Positions 12,301-24,488 of a stretch of DNA of 64,000 nucleotides are shown here, in pieces. Source of the stretch: Amoebophrya sp. A120 (taxonomy: Eukaryota > Protista > Dinoflagellata). The notes under the pieces are model-generated. The model saw only the letters and a list, made by a program, of their open reading frames with translations. It did not search any database and was not told where the DNA came from. A program made the position numbers and the translations under genes. Where the stretch lies: assembly GCA_905178155.1 (NCBI GenBank), contig CAJINV010000011.1, positions 10,154 through 74,153 of the forward strand. The letters are read 5' to 3'. Every line of letters begins with the position of its first letter. Position 1 is the stretch's first letter.

Positions 12301-14648
12301 TTGTCATGCGAATAAACTGGCAGTGTTCATCGAAGTGTGTGTCATGCGGCTCTCCACGAGAGGGACTTTGTAGCCGTGTTTGGAACAACAACAAAGCGCT
12401 CATGCGCTAATCAGGACAAGAAATTGGACTCGCCATCATGCGTTTCAACTAGCTATGCAGGACTACACTGCACCAAAAGTAGCTGCTAAACTACTTGTCA
12501 TGCCGCGCGGGTCCGAGAGCAGGTTCATCTTGCTGACCCTGGGGAACTACAAGGGACGTCTTTGTGTATCCACCGGATAATGCAGGATGCCACTGGCTGC
12601 AGTGCCGAAGTAGTCCACGTATTCCCGGTCCTGAATTTCCGGATTCCGCACCTCGAACGTCATTGAGATCCGGAGCCCGGTCTCTTTTTTTTTCCCAAGT
12701 GCGTCTGCCGGCTCCTGGTGAAGACCACGGTCCTTCGTGAGGAGCAACCGGTTCGCGTTGCTGTAGAAGTCGTCCTATCAACCGCAAATAAGTATGTCTG
12801 GGTCTGGAAGTTTGTAAACTTGTCACGCAGGAGGTCTCCCATGACCCATGACCATGAGGTCTGGAATGAGGGACCTAGCGTGACAGATTCTGTGAGGTCT
12901 CTGCCATGCCTATCCTGCATGAGAAACTCCCTCGCAATTTGGTCGAAAGTGGACAGCTTTCGGCGCTCATGCAACACAGATTTTTGCATGATTCGGATTT
13001 AGCATGACAAGTTGCAATCTTCCAGACCCAGACATGTTTGCAATCCATACGTCTGTATTCTCATCATGGAGAAGCACCGCACGGACGCCGAAGGTGTAGT
13101 TCTCCTGGGTGAATTGCATTTTTTGCTGATGTATCAAATGCAAAAATGTCATCTGGGTCTGCAAGAATGCAAGACTTGTCATGCACGTTTTGAATGGTAA
13201 TTGAGGTTTGAAATGCAAATCCTAGCATGACAGATTTTGTGAGGTCTCCATCATGCCGATTCTGCATCAGAAACTGCTTGTGTACTTGGTCGAAAGTGGA
13301 CAGCTTTGGGTCATCATGCAACACAGATTTTTGCATGATTCTGTAATTACTTTGACAAGTACCACTTTTCCAGACCCAGACATTCTTGCATTTGATATGA
13401 TGTTCCCGCCGTTGTCTGTCGACGGCGTTCTTCTTTTGCACGTCCTTGAGCGACAGGGCATCGGCCTTCTCCTTCATCAGGCGCTCCTTAATCGGTGTGA
13501 CGGGCATACACGGTTCGTTTCCGAGCATCTGAAACAGAGTTCGTTGAGTATGGCGTTCTCAACTGTCACATTCTCCACTGTTATGCGACGAATTTTTTGT
13601 CATGCAAGAACAACAAAAGTGAGATGAGGACCGTTCTTGCGCGTCTCGCATAATACAGATTTGGCAAAGAAGAGTCCAATGGGGAACTTTGTTGTCATGC
13701 GAAGAAGCTTGATCGTGTGTGGCGTGATACTGATTCTGCGCGATAAAAAATTCATGTAACAGTTGCGAGTGTTTATGCTTGAGATGCTTATTCCCATATT
13801 GAATGTCCTCTGGAAGAGTATCCTCTAGAAGAAAGTGCCATCCTCTTTCGTAGCCAGGATTTTTGGACAGCTGTTAATATACCAAAATCCAGAGTTAGTT
13901 CAGGAAAATCCTCATGACCAGGTACTGTAGGTGTTCCGAGGAACAATGACGGACCGTTTTTGAGAAATCTATGTTGCTGCTCTTGTTTTCTTTTCTGCGG
14001 GATGAATTTTTCCAAAGGAAGAACACAGCGATTAGAAGATATACAATGCTTCGTGACATCACAAGTAGATGCTGTGTGAGAGAGATTAGTCCTGGCGCAG
14101 CCGAAAATAATCCAAATCTGCATGACCACAACTACATCGAGGCAGCTACAACTTCATTTTCCACAGGATAAAAGGGCTGGCGCGAGTTTGCGTTCGGGAA
14201 TTTTCTGTCGTAGCTATCATGAGCAAAACGGTCCCCACCCCACAGTGAAGTTGCTAAATCTGCAACACAAGTCTCAAAGTTTTGGGCGGTATGCATGACA
14301 AGTGACCATCTGCAGTGCTGGCTAGCAAGGGAAGCCGCATGAAAAAGCTCCTCTCACTCTAATCCTGTTTACAGCACTACAAATGCCAACACATGACTGG
14401 AAATGCCTCTCATGGACATGCGCATTGCAAATGTCCCTGGCAGTGCAAATCTGCATGACAACGCTGGGGTGGTGACGTTTTTGCCCAGGATAGTAGCAGA
14501 CCACCACCGTGTTGACCGCCTCGGCATGCATGCGACGGACATTTTGGCGCCGAAAATTCGCGAGCTGCTCCTCCTCGGTTGCCTCGAACCAGGTAGCGTA
14601 CGCTGTCCCAGTGTTCTGGTTAGCCATTGCAGCTCTGTTTTTTGTCAC
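9335..14648 (-). CDS. Multi-exon hypothetical protein (may be two genes, split near 12300-12550)
   Basis: Continuous frame FFEFP|HTNTLPLR...NQT|ERKAR...RKLC|KQLRD...VQF|VDVAM...MED|WRMRT...RACG|GEVIKQ...stop 9335; also REH|QQKMQ...NTD|DFYSN. Confidence 0.65.
9609..9783. mobile_element. Introner family D (fold-back)
   Basis: About 70-bp imperfect TIRs tatccccgagaaaaaagc.../...gcttttttctgtgggata; TSD degraded; frame restored. Confidence 0.8.
9967..10136. mobile_element. Introner family D (fold-back)
   Basis: Long TIRs; perfect TSD gtctt; frame restored. Confidence 0.85.
10190..10511. mobile_element. Introner family C
   Basis: tattgtaaggaaatatcccgcctccccata...tatggggaggggtgttttccttttgata; flanks ggact/aaact. 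Confidence 0.8.
10576..10844. mobile_element. Introner family A
   Basis: Flanks tgcag/tgcac; frame restored. Confidence 0.85.
10970..11282. mobile_element. Introner family C
   Basis: Flanks cggcc/cggtt; frame restored. Confidence 0.75.
11373..12169. mobile_element. Introner family E containing a nested MITE
   Basis: tatgaagtgcaaaattatcg...cgacaattttgcaattcata; flanks gagaa/gggaa; frame restored. Confidence 0.8.
11508..12144. mobile_element. MITE with about 110-bp TIRs and 3-bp TSD TAG (possibly PIF/Harbinger-like)
   Basis: gagcgcggtaacaattaaatcaactaactcgg.../...ccgagttagttgatttaattgttaccgcgctc; tag on both sides. Confidence 0.9.
12776..13049. mobile_element. Introner family A
   Basis: Flanks cgtcc/cgtct; frame restored. 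Confidence 0.85.
13132..13397. mobile_element. Introner family A
   Basis: Perfect TSD tgatg; frame restored. Confidence 0.9.
13819..14170. mobile_element. Degenerate family B-like element
   Basis: tatcct...aggata ends; flanks aagag/aaagg; internal gcatgac motif. Confidence 0.45.
14215..14492. mobile_element. Introner family B
   Basis: TIRs; perfect TSD gtagc. Confidence 0.85.
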
Positions 14649-15417
14649 TCTAGTATAAGCTTATCTTTGTATAATTTTGTTCTTCAACAAGAAGTGAGTA
14701 CCCTGAGTACTTCGTTTGTGCATATCAAGTAAAAACGAAATAGCATGTAGTTCTTTCTACTCCCAGCGGAGCGCAAGAGAACAAAGGTAGGAAAATATAT
14801 ATGCGTAAGGATGATCACAGCGAGGGGTTGATAAAAAAGGCGCACTAGACTACAGAAAATGAAATCCTTTGTGCACAAGAAAGGTTCGTTGCTCGTCTTA
14901 CATAACTAATCCAGAAAAGGTGATATGAACGAGGAGGTGAAAGAAATATTCTCAAGACAGCTTGCAACTTCGATTGAAAGAGAAGCATCGTTGCGAATTT
15001 TGCGAAATAAAGCTTTTGATACACGACGAGAGACTCCCTGATCGATGCATTCCGATCATAAAAATTCTGCATGTACACTGAAACATAAGTACTTAGCCGA
15101 GATCGTTGCAGATTATAGCACCGCGTGATCAAAAACATCGCAGATTTGAAGATCGGCAATTTCCTACGGAGAAATAATGATCCAATTGTTCATTTTTCCG
15201 TCGTGGCATCTCAATGGAGAAGCAAATGCAAACCTTACCAGTTAAGTATGATCTTTTCGACGGTACCACTGTCGATCACTAGCCGAGCAGCGTGCGCAAC
15301 GCCACACACAGCTTGTCCTGGTGTTTCGGACTTACAGCAATTAAGAGAAAAGATTTACAACTGCTGGGTCGGAGCTAGATCTCCACACGGGGGGATCCAT
15401 TGTCTCGGTTAAGATCT

Positions 15418-15669
15418 TATCAACTGTAAAAATGTCTGGGTCTGGAAACTTGTGATGCTGGGTGGCGTCTCATGATGAGGCCACAAATGCTGGCTCAGCA
15501 TGACAAGTTTCTGAGCTTCTAGGTGTTGCCTATTCTGCATGACAAACTGCGTTCCTGCATCACAGAAAAACTGAGCTCTTGGGTAACGTGCATGACAGAT
15601 TTAAGAGTCATGCCAGACAAGCATGACAAACATGCATTCTTCCAGACCCAGACATTTTTACATTTGATA
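15418..15669. mobile_element. Introner family A (filled site; empty paralogous site at 7954-7958)
   Basis: Perfect TSD gatct; a single gatct in the paralog. Confidence 0.95.
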
Positions 15670-15682
15670 GATCTTGACTGGA

Positions 15683-17124
15683 GCATGGGGGTGTAAATAA
15701 ATCTGATTGGAGCTGCAGATCTCATGCGGAGAAGGCATTTCTCATGCGGCATTTCTCATGCGGCATGAGCACCAGAAAGCCCTCGCAGAATCTCTAATGC
15801 TAGGGCATGCATCACAGACCCCATGGGTGATGCAAAATCTGCATGATACACTCCTGCATTCTTCCAGACCCGAACATATTTGCAGTTGATATGTACAGTT
15901 TGCGTGGGATCCAGCGCGCTTTTTCTTCTTTTCTTCTCCTTGGCCGACAAGCCGCAACACCAAAATTGGATCGGTTACGGTTAGCCCGAGCTGTTTACAA
16001 ACATATAAAAATCCACCCATTTGCATTGGAACACTTCTGACTCCCCCCTTACTATCGCTTACCACAACTACTACAAATACTGCATGAAGAAATAAAGACG
16101 GTAGGTGGCGCTCATCCTGCTTCGTCGCGTGCAAAGCCAAACAAGTTGGGTGGCATTGCGACGATAAACTCGGCGAGATATTTCTATCTCGGTTGTTCCG
16201 AAAACGGAATTTACCAACTTTTCGGAGACAGGCCGGCGCAGCGGCAGTGACCGAGGAGAACAAGAGCAAACTCTTGAAATTCGGCGACCAATACTACTTC
16301 CTCAAGATCGTGGCCCGGGTGGCAAACAGCATTCGCGCGAACGAGGGGTCGGCGGAAGGCGACGGGCCGGACAAATTCAAGCGTGACGACTTGAAAAAGC
16401 TGAAGAAGGACGCACTCGCATTGTTAGGCGACAACGCGGACGACCTCGCTTTCTTCAAGCTGAAACCCGTCAGAACCGAAATCGCATGGGGGTGTAAATA
16501 AATCTGATTGGAGCTGCAGATCTCGTGCGCCTGCAGCTAGGTTCCTCCCCGCTGCGGGGGCTGGTCGCCCCTGTCTCAGCAAAAATCACGTCCGCAGCCA
16601 GCCCTTCCAAACAGCAAACAGCAGAGGATGATCTTCAGCAAAACCCACGCCGATGTTCTAACGAGGACAGCAAATCCCGGCGGAATCAGCCAAAGTTCGT
16701 GCGTCCGGTCTTCCTATCCATCCCCACTCCAAAATCAGTACAACTCCACACCAGCAGCTTGACGGACATGGTTTTCTCATACCTTGCTACCAAAGACCAG
16801 AAATTCCGGGTGCGGAGACAGAGCGGGAATGAAGACAAGAGGCTATGCAGCGAAGATGAACTTTTAGGATTCTTACAGCTTGAGAGCCCCGACGTAGATT
16901 TCACGATGAACAGCATTCGGGATTTTTGTTTTCTATCAGAACAATCTATATCAATACGACTAGCACTAGCAGGCGAGAACGCCGAGCAGCGGCGCAGGGC
17001 GATTCGGATCGAGCGTGAGGGGCTTGATTCGAAAAGCTTTGCAATACCCCTGCCCGAGCCTGAATGGGCTCAGATTCCGAAGAAGCATGGGGGTGTAAAT
17101 AAATCTGATTGGAGCTGCAGATCT
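15683..17124. repeat. Three copies of a 40-bp direct repeat separated by unrelated inserts of about 760 and 560 bp
   Basis: gcatgggggtgtaaataaatctgattggagctgcagatct at 15683, 16484 and 17085; single copy at 7967. Confidence 0.9.
15748..15995. repeat. Copy of 10701-10949 (right half of an introner plus the adjacent exon)
   Basis: Near-identical sequence. Confidence 0.9.
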
Positions 17125-17647
17125 TCAGCGTCGATCTCGTGCGCCACTTAGTGATCGCAACGCGCGCCTCTTCCAGATTGGGAAGTCATGGTGACGTGCA
17201 ACGGATCCACCATGAAGATCACTGACAGAAATACTATTACAGGATCTTGAGCACGGTATTTCCTGGAACTGATCGCAGTTTTACGTCTCGACAGACAACC
17301 GAAAGAGCATCTGGTTGCATACCGAGTTCAAATCGAAGACCATCTAAAAAAACATCTTCAATCCTTCAGATCCGCATTACAGATTCTCTGTCCCAATTCT
17401 AGTTTTCTCAGTTTCTGATGCTAAAGCCGTATTCGTAAGCGTGCCCGTAGCCGTGGTTCACCTAGTTGAAGATAGGAAAACGGTAGTGCGTCACTCGGAT
17501 TCAGTGGAAATCAGACTTACGTTCCGACGAGTACAAGAAAGGAACACTCAGTTCACAACAGCGGTGCCGCAGAGGATGCTCAGTTGTACATGTACTGAAA
17601 GTTGTACCGAGACCAGGTGGTGGACGTCTGTACATCTAGTCAACGTC

Positions 17648-20600
17648 CTATACTAGCAAAGATTCAACATCTTGTTCCGTGTGCCCGCCTTGAATCAGTG
17701 CAAGTTTCAAGATCAACGTGTGCATGTACCAGTATTTTGTCTCTAAATTGAACACCTCCTGGCCGAGCTTTTTGCCCCTATCTGCAATTTTCTCCGCCCA
17801 GTGGTCATTTGCCACGATGAAATTCAACTTGTCGTAGAAGTCTTTCAGATCCCGACGCACGGGAATGTAGTGCTCGTACGGCTGAAAGATCTTGTCGATC
17901 TGGTTGTCATACCGGAAATGTGCGCGAAACAGGACCTGCCCGGCGAGAAAGGACCAGATATCGCGCAGAGAAACGTTGTCGTTGAAATTGTACTTGTAAA
18001 CCACCTGGTCCAGCTCCGAGAAGTACTTCTCCCCCACAGCAGTTCCTTCGTTCTTCTCGAAGTGTGCTTCAAAGTTCCGGTGCACAAAAGCGTTCCACGC
18101 TTCCCGATTCGCAAAAGACTCCGGTTTATTTTCAAGAATCTGTGGCAAGGCCTTCTCCGCGGACACGCGGCCCGGAAATAGCGCAAAGTCTTCGACTATC
18201 AACTGCAAAAATGTCTGGGTCTGGAAGGTTGGAACTTGTTGTGCTAATTTTAGTTTTTAAAAAAATCTGTATTGCATGAGCAGCAAGAGGAGCCCAGTTT
18301 GTGCTACACGGGGAGCGCATATGTCATGCGGGATTTGCATCAGGAAGGCTTCTAAAAATATTTGATTCTAGATCATGCATTACAGACATCCCGAGTCATG
18401 CAAAATATGCATGACAAACCTGGTAACTCCTAGACCCAGACATTTTTGCATTTGATATCGATCGGGTTGAACTCGAGGCTGCGCGGCCAACTTGTTGCTT
18501 TGATGTTGATCTTGCTTGCAAACCTGCTGTGTCTAGTACGTCTGGCAAGATGCCAAGCTGTTCTGCCTTTTAGTTACACTTCACAGAAGTCGCGATGTGC
18601 CAAGTTTGTCTATGTACTTCTTGCGTGTACTGCAATAGTACTTACCATAAGCCGTCGATGATCACTTTGTTTTCATCCCTCGTTATTCTTTCATGGTCGA
18701 CTAGTAGACTCATTTATTCGACTTCCTACTCGTGCAGAGTACGGCGCAATATTGATGAGGGGCGGTTTTCATCTTCAAAAGACCTGGGCTCAATGCTATG
18801 CTTTGCGTGTGTTTATCCACACCCTCTGTTCTACTGAAGGATGCAGAAACAGCATGTCAAACGAGCCTGCTTTTCCAGACCGAGACATTTTTTTGCAGTA
18901 GATAGTCGAAGGAAAAGGAGGTTTTGTTGGAAAAGAGGAAGGGGTACTTCTGCTCCTTCGTTCCAATTTCCCGGTCTGCATCTAAAAATCGAAACTGCAT
19001 TTGCTGTTTTTTCAAAATCGAAACTGTTCTGCGCCCCCATAATGCTGCTTCGCACTGGTCTGTCTTCGTTCCCCGTCTGTCTTGTTGCCTGCGTTCTTCT
19101 TTCTGGTCCCCCGTGTTCCTGTTCGTGTCGGTGGTCTTTCCTGTGTCGCTTGTTTTCCTTCGCCCCGGTTTCTGTTGTTCCTGCTGCTACCGCTTCTGTG
19201 TCTGTGCCGGTGCTCTAGTGCTGTCCTGGGTTTTCTTCTTGCTGTCCTGGTGTTTTCGCACCTCTGCCCGAGTGTTCTACGTTAGCTTGACTGCTTTTCG
19301 CCAAAATCTGCTAGTGCTAGTGCCTAAAATCCCGAGGCCCGCAGTCAAATCATCGTCATCATCATCACAAGTCTTTCCTGCTTCTTCCCCGAACACAAGC
19401 GGCGATCAGTCTCCAACAGCTAGTCATCCCCGCGACCCGATAGGAACGAAGCCTAAAACTGTGAACGCAAATTTCGAATCCCGAAACTAGTCTCAAATCT
19501 TAAATCCCGGTAGGTCAAATAGGTACTGCTACTGCAAGACGGGTCCGGGGTCAGAACTGCATCGATCGGAATCTTCTATCAGCGAGGGAACACCGTCGGA
19601 GGAAGAAGTTGCAGTCACCGGCAAAGTCGCTACACGACTACACGCCCCCTGACTGGAACTTCTTCTTCGTTTTCGTCTTGAACCCCGACGTTATTTTTTC
19701 AGACGCAAACATACCGACATCAAATCGAACACCATCTAAAGCTACATCTTAAATTCCACAGATACGCATTACAAATCCATAGTCCCAAGTCTAGTTTTTC
19801 CAGTTTCTCATGCTAAATCCGTATTCCTAAACAGCCCGCAGTGACCGTAGCCATGGCTCACCTCCTTGAAAGTAGTAAGAAAGCCAGTTTTTCATGCGGA
19901 TTCAGCGTAAATCAGAGTTAATTTCTTTGCTTTCCTCTTCCTCTCTTTTCCTATTTTCTTCGTCTTTCGATCGTAGCAAGAATTTGCTTGCTTTTCTTCG
20001 GTTTTCTGGCCCTTTTCTTGCTCGATCGATTTCTTTTCCTCTTTCTTATCATCCTGTTCATTTTCTGCATTTCCTAACTTTTGATCTATGAGAAACAGCG
20101 TTCAAAACTAGTTTTCAAATACACACCTTTCCAGACGAAGACACTTTTTTGCAGTAGATACTCGAATATCAAATGTAAAAGTGTCTGGGTCTGGAAGAAT
20201 GCAACTTGTGATGCTATTTTTGGAATCCAAAAAAATCTGTATTGCATGAGCAACAAGAGGCGTCCAGTTTTTGCTCCGCGGAGAGGGGATTTCTCATGCG
20301 GGATAGGCATCAAGATGCCCGCAAAAAAATTGTGATGCTGGTGCATACATCACAGACATCACGGGTCATGCAAAATGAGCACGACAAGCCTTGCAATCTT
20401 CCAGACCCAGACATTTTTACAGTTGATATCGAAGGAAAAGGCGGTTTTGTTGGAAAAGAGGAAGGGGTACTGGCGAATATTCTCTTCGTCGTGCGCAGTG
20501 AGGAGGAGTGAACCTTTCCCGGTTATCCTCAGTAGAAACGTCCGCACGACCCCAGAGTTGTCATGCAAAAGGGCAAAAAACGCACGTGTTTCTTATGCGC

Positions 20601-23600
20601 GGCACCATCAGGAGCACGACTCTCTAATGCTGTTTGAAATTTGTCATGCTAGAATCAGGATACGCTTATCGATTTCTAATGCGTTTCTACTAGCTGAACA
20701 GGATTAAACGTACACTACAAGAAACGTGAATTTGTCGTGCGCAACAGTCACAACCTGTCGACTTGACTCTGGGACGGGGACACTTTTACGAAGGATAACG
20801 GTGTGCTGGATTTCTCCGTTCTTGATCGCGTTGGCCCGGTGTGCTAGCTTCGCCAACACCGCGCGGGGGCTGTTTGTGGACGGCGAATGCACCGCAAGTA
20901 TGTCTGAGTCTGGATCTGTGATGCAGCAAAACTTGAAAAATCATAGTGAAATCTGTATTGTGCACGAATGCGACTGACCACTTTTTTTGTCGTGCTCCTG
21001 CCAGCCAGCGCGTTATGCAAAACACGTCAGTAGAAGAACATTCAATGAGTATATACCAACCAAAGAATTTGTCATGCGTCATTCGGAAGGCGTGCAAACC
21101 ATCGCTCGATCATGCCAGAAGACTCAGCAACACAAATAAGTATGAGGCATCTTTGTCCAGACACAGAAATATTTGATGCATGTGATACGGCAGGAGCTTG
21201 GTCAACTCTGCTTGGTCGTACTGCGTGATGGACCGATTCGTGTTTTTGACAATACCGGCAGCATATCAAATGCAAATATGTCTGGGTCTGGAAACTTGTC
21301 ATGCTGAGTTGTGAGAAGCAAGTGAATTCTTTGTAATGCACAGCCACGCATGACGAGATAAAATATCTTTATTTGCGCGGCTTAGTGTTGCGCTTTCCGC
21401 AGGACTAACTGCGTTTTGCATGACAAGAAAAAGGGTCTCTTCTTCGACACGCATCACAAACTCTTCAGGCATGCCAGACAAGCATGACAAACCTTGCATT
21501 CCTCCAGACCCAGATCGATATTTGCATTTGATACGGCACTCGAGTCTTCGATTTCCAGTTGGAACGTACTGCGCAGCAACGTCCGAAGCTTGACGTAGTC
21601 GTCGGCTTGGGCCACAGGTGTAGGAGGCGTGCGTGGCAGCTTCCTCTTCTTACCATTCCGTCGCGCAGTGTGATCCAGTTTCCGCAGGAAGCTCTCGGTT
21701 GCTCCCTCTGGCCAGTCGCCCGTCTCCCGCACCGTGTCCTGGACTTTTCTCCACAATCGCTCGTCATCCCGCATGAAGCGGCGGAAGTAGACACCACGAG
21801 GGTCACTTGCAGCGGGATCGCTGTCCATTTGCGGAGGCCGGTCCTCCAGCACGCTCGGCCCTGGGCCCCCATCGTCCCTGTGGAATTGCTCATACAAGCG
21901 AGTCCAATTCCACTCGGCGCCCACGACGGCAGGCACGCCCCGAAAGAAGAATTCCGGTCTTCGTTCTTTCCACGGAATGTAGTTCAGCCGCATCTGCATT
22001 TCGTATGACCGGTGCCACCCAGCCAGAAAGTTCTGCACTGTTGGAAGCTGCAGCGCCGTGTCAGAGGCGGTGAACGGAAAGATTGACCGCGTCCACGACA
22101 TATGCACTGCAAATATGTCTGGGTGGTGCGGAAACCTGTGATGCTGAGTGGAGCATGATTGAAGCGCTTGCAATATTGGCAGCCAAGCATGACAAGTTTT
22201 TGAGACAGTTCTGCTGATGCCTAGCACGCATCACAAATTGCATTTATTTTTGCACCATGACAAAGTAAGCTCCTCTTTTGCTGCTCATGCAACACAGATT
22301 TTCAAGGAATGCAAGACACGTATCTTCACAAGTTCCACCTCTCCAGATGCAGACACTTTTGCATTTAGTACGACATAATTGGTAGCTCGAATGAAGGTCG
22401 TGCATTTATTTCCGCGCGGTTTTCGTTTTCATCCACCATGGTACTGGTAGTTTTACCCGTTGCCAGGTCCAAACTTTCCTGGATCATGCTGTGGAAAAGT
22501 TACAAAGAAGAAAATGCGTCCGGCTAGTAGCTCCAATCAGTTCTTACAAGTTCTGGTGCTTTCATCATGATACATGTAATTGTATCCACCACCGGCACCG
22601 AGCTTGTTTTGATATTATTGCTCGAAAAGAACAGGACTAAAGATGGGTAGCTCGAGAAAAATACAGATGAGACGATATTGCCCACTTACTGACAAAAAAA
22701 TCACATCCTGCAACAGACTGATCGCTTAACGGGACGCAAAGAAATTTCCTTTCATATTAAAACCGCACGCCGAGGTGTCCTTGGGCAGAACTCCGTGGCC
22801 GTCCTGCAGCAGCCTCGGAGGCCTTTCGTGCGAAGTGCTCACAGTCGTAGGCCGGCATGTGCCTCGCAACGAGGAACCACGCCTGCAGCAATTTCGCGGC
22901 CTGCCAGCTTTCCGAGTGACGGACCTGCCAGCTGTAAAATTTGCCCGGGTATCGAACGGAAGCATGTCTGGGTCTGGAAATAAGTTCTTGTCATGCTAAA
23001 AATAGTACATGAGTGAAGAACTAGCTGCAAAAGTACGAAGCCAATCATAACAATTTTTTCAGCGGTTCTGTAGTGCGTCACACGAATAATTGCCGCAACA
23101 CTTATCACTATTACAGCCAGAACGTATGAATAATAATTTCAATTTGTGTTCAGCATTACAACTTTCAGACCCAGATCGATCAATTTGCAATGCATACTTG
23201 AGCTGCGGGCGCGCAGCTACGCCCGAGGATTTTTTGCGGACAGAACTGCACGAACAGCTCGCACTGCTCCGGGTGATCCGAGTCGAGTATTCTGTGAATA
23301 ACTTTTCCAACCAAGAGCTGTTATGCAAATTTGCATGCCCAGTTTGTGTCGCATGTGCACCGCCTTGAGGTGAGCAACACCTCATGATGTCTGGAATCTT
23401 GTGATGCTGTAATCTGGATACTCAATGCGCTAGGTCTGTGATGTAACATCAATACGCAATAAACAGGACGACACTACAGACGCAAATTTGTCATGCGCTA
23501 CACACAGAGCTTGTTGGAGTGCGTAGCAATTTCTCTTACCTTGTTATTTTTTTTACACCCGTGGAAAAAACATGTGTCTGGCCGTGCAAAACTGACCCAT

Positions 23601-24456
23601 GTGTCTGGCCGTGCCGGGAAGGGAAAAAACCAAAAATGCGACAAAAAATCGCGGCATCAGCCTAAATCTAAAACCCTGCGCCATAGGATCTTCTTCTCCG
23701 GGGCGGGGTAAAAACAAAATTTAAAAAAAGCGCTTCTCTTCCCGGCAGGGTGGACAAGAGCTCCCGCCCCCGTGTTGCTTCCAGAGTGGCCGGCTATCCT
23801 CCACTGAAACGGCGGCACCAGAGGGAAGGCGCAGAGAGGCAAAGGAAGAAAAAACGCAGCGGGGGCGGAATCGAAGCCCTGGGCTTCATCGCGTTCCGCA
23901 GGTAGCCGCGCTCGAGCACCAACCCGGCTCGCCACTGCCTCGAGGACGTCCACATTGGGAAGAGAAAGTGCAGGACCTGGAAGGTCACCCGAAAATATCG
24001 CTGCTAAAGATACCATACTCGGGAAAAAAGTCGCCCGCAGATGCAGTTTTTTCGCGATATGCTACTGAAATACGCTGGTCTTTCGGCACAAGGAAATAAG
24101 CAGTTGCCGTTTTCACTCAAACCCGAGGGTACTGCGAGAACCGTTACCAATGCACGTCCACCACAGCATGCGGTTTGACTTTTTAACGGCCGGGTCTATA
24201 GACAAGTAAAGTCCTCCATACCATGCTGATTGAGAAACCACTGTTAGTCATGGATTTCATCATGCCATGCGTATACAATGTCTTTGTAAGGAAATTACAT
24301 CATGCCGTGCTGTTTCAAAAAAGGACTTCGAAGCCAGACACAAGCATAACATGCATATTCGCGCTTCAGGGAATAAATCAAATCGATTATACTATGCGGA
24401 TCAAAAAAAATTGTTTACACTTCTCGATTTGTGCGTGTCATCCTTGCGCAGGGGCC

Positions 24457-24488
<32 letters not shown>

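Noticed and set aside
15683-17124. CRISPR array
   Set aside because: Only three repeats, spacers of 560-760 bp, no cas genes, eukaryotic context.
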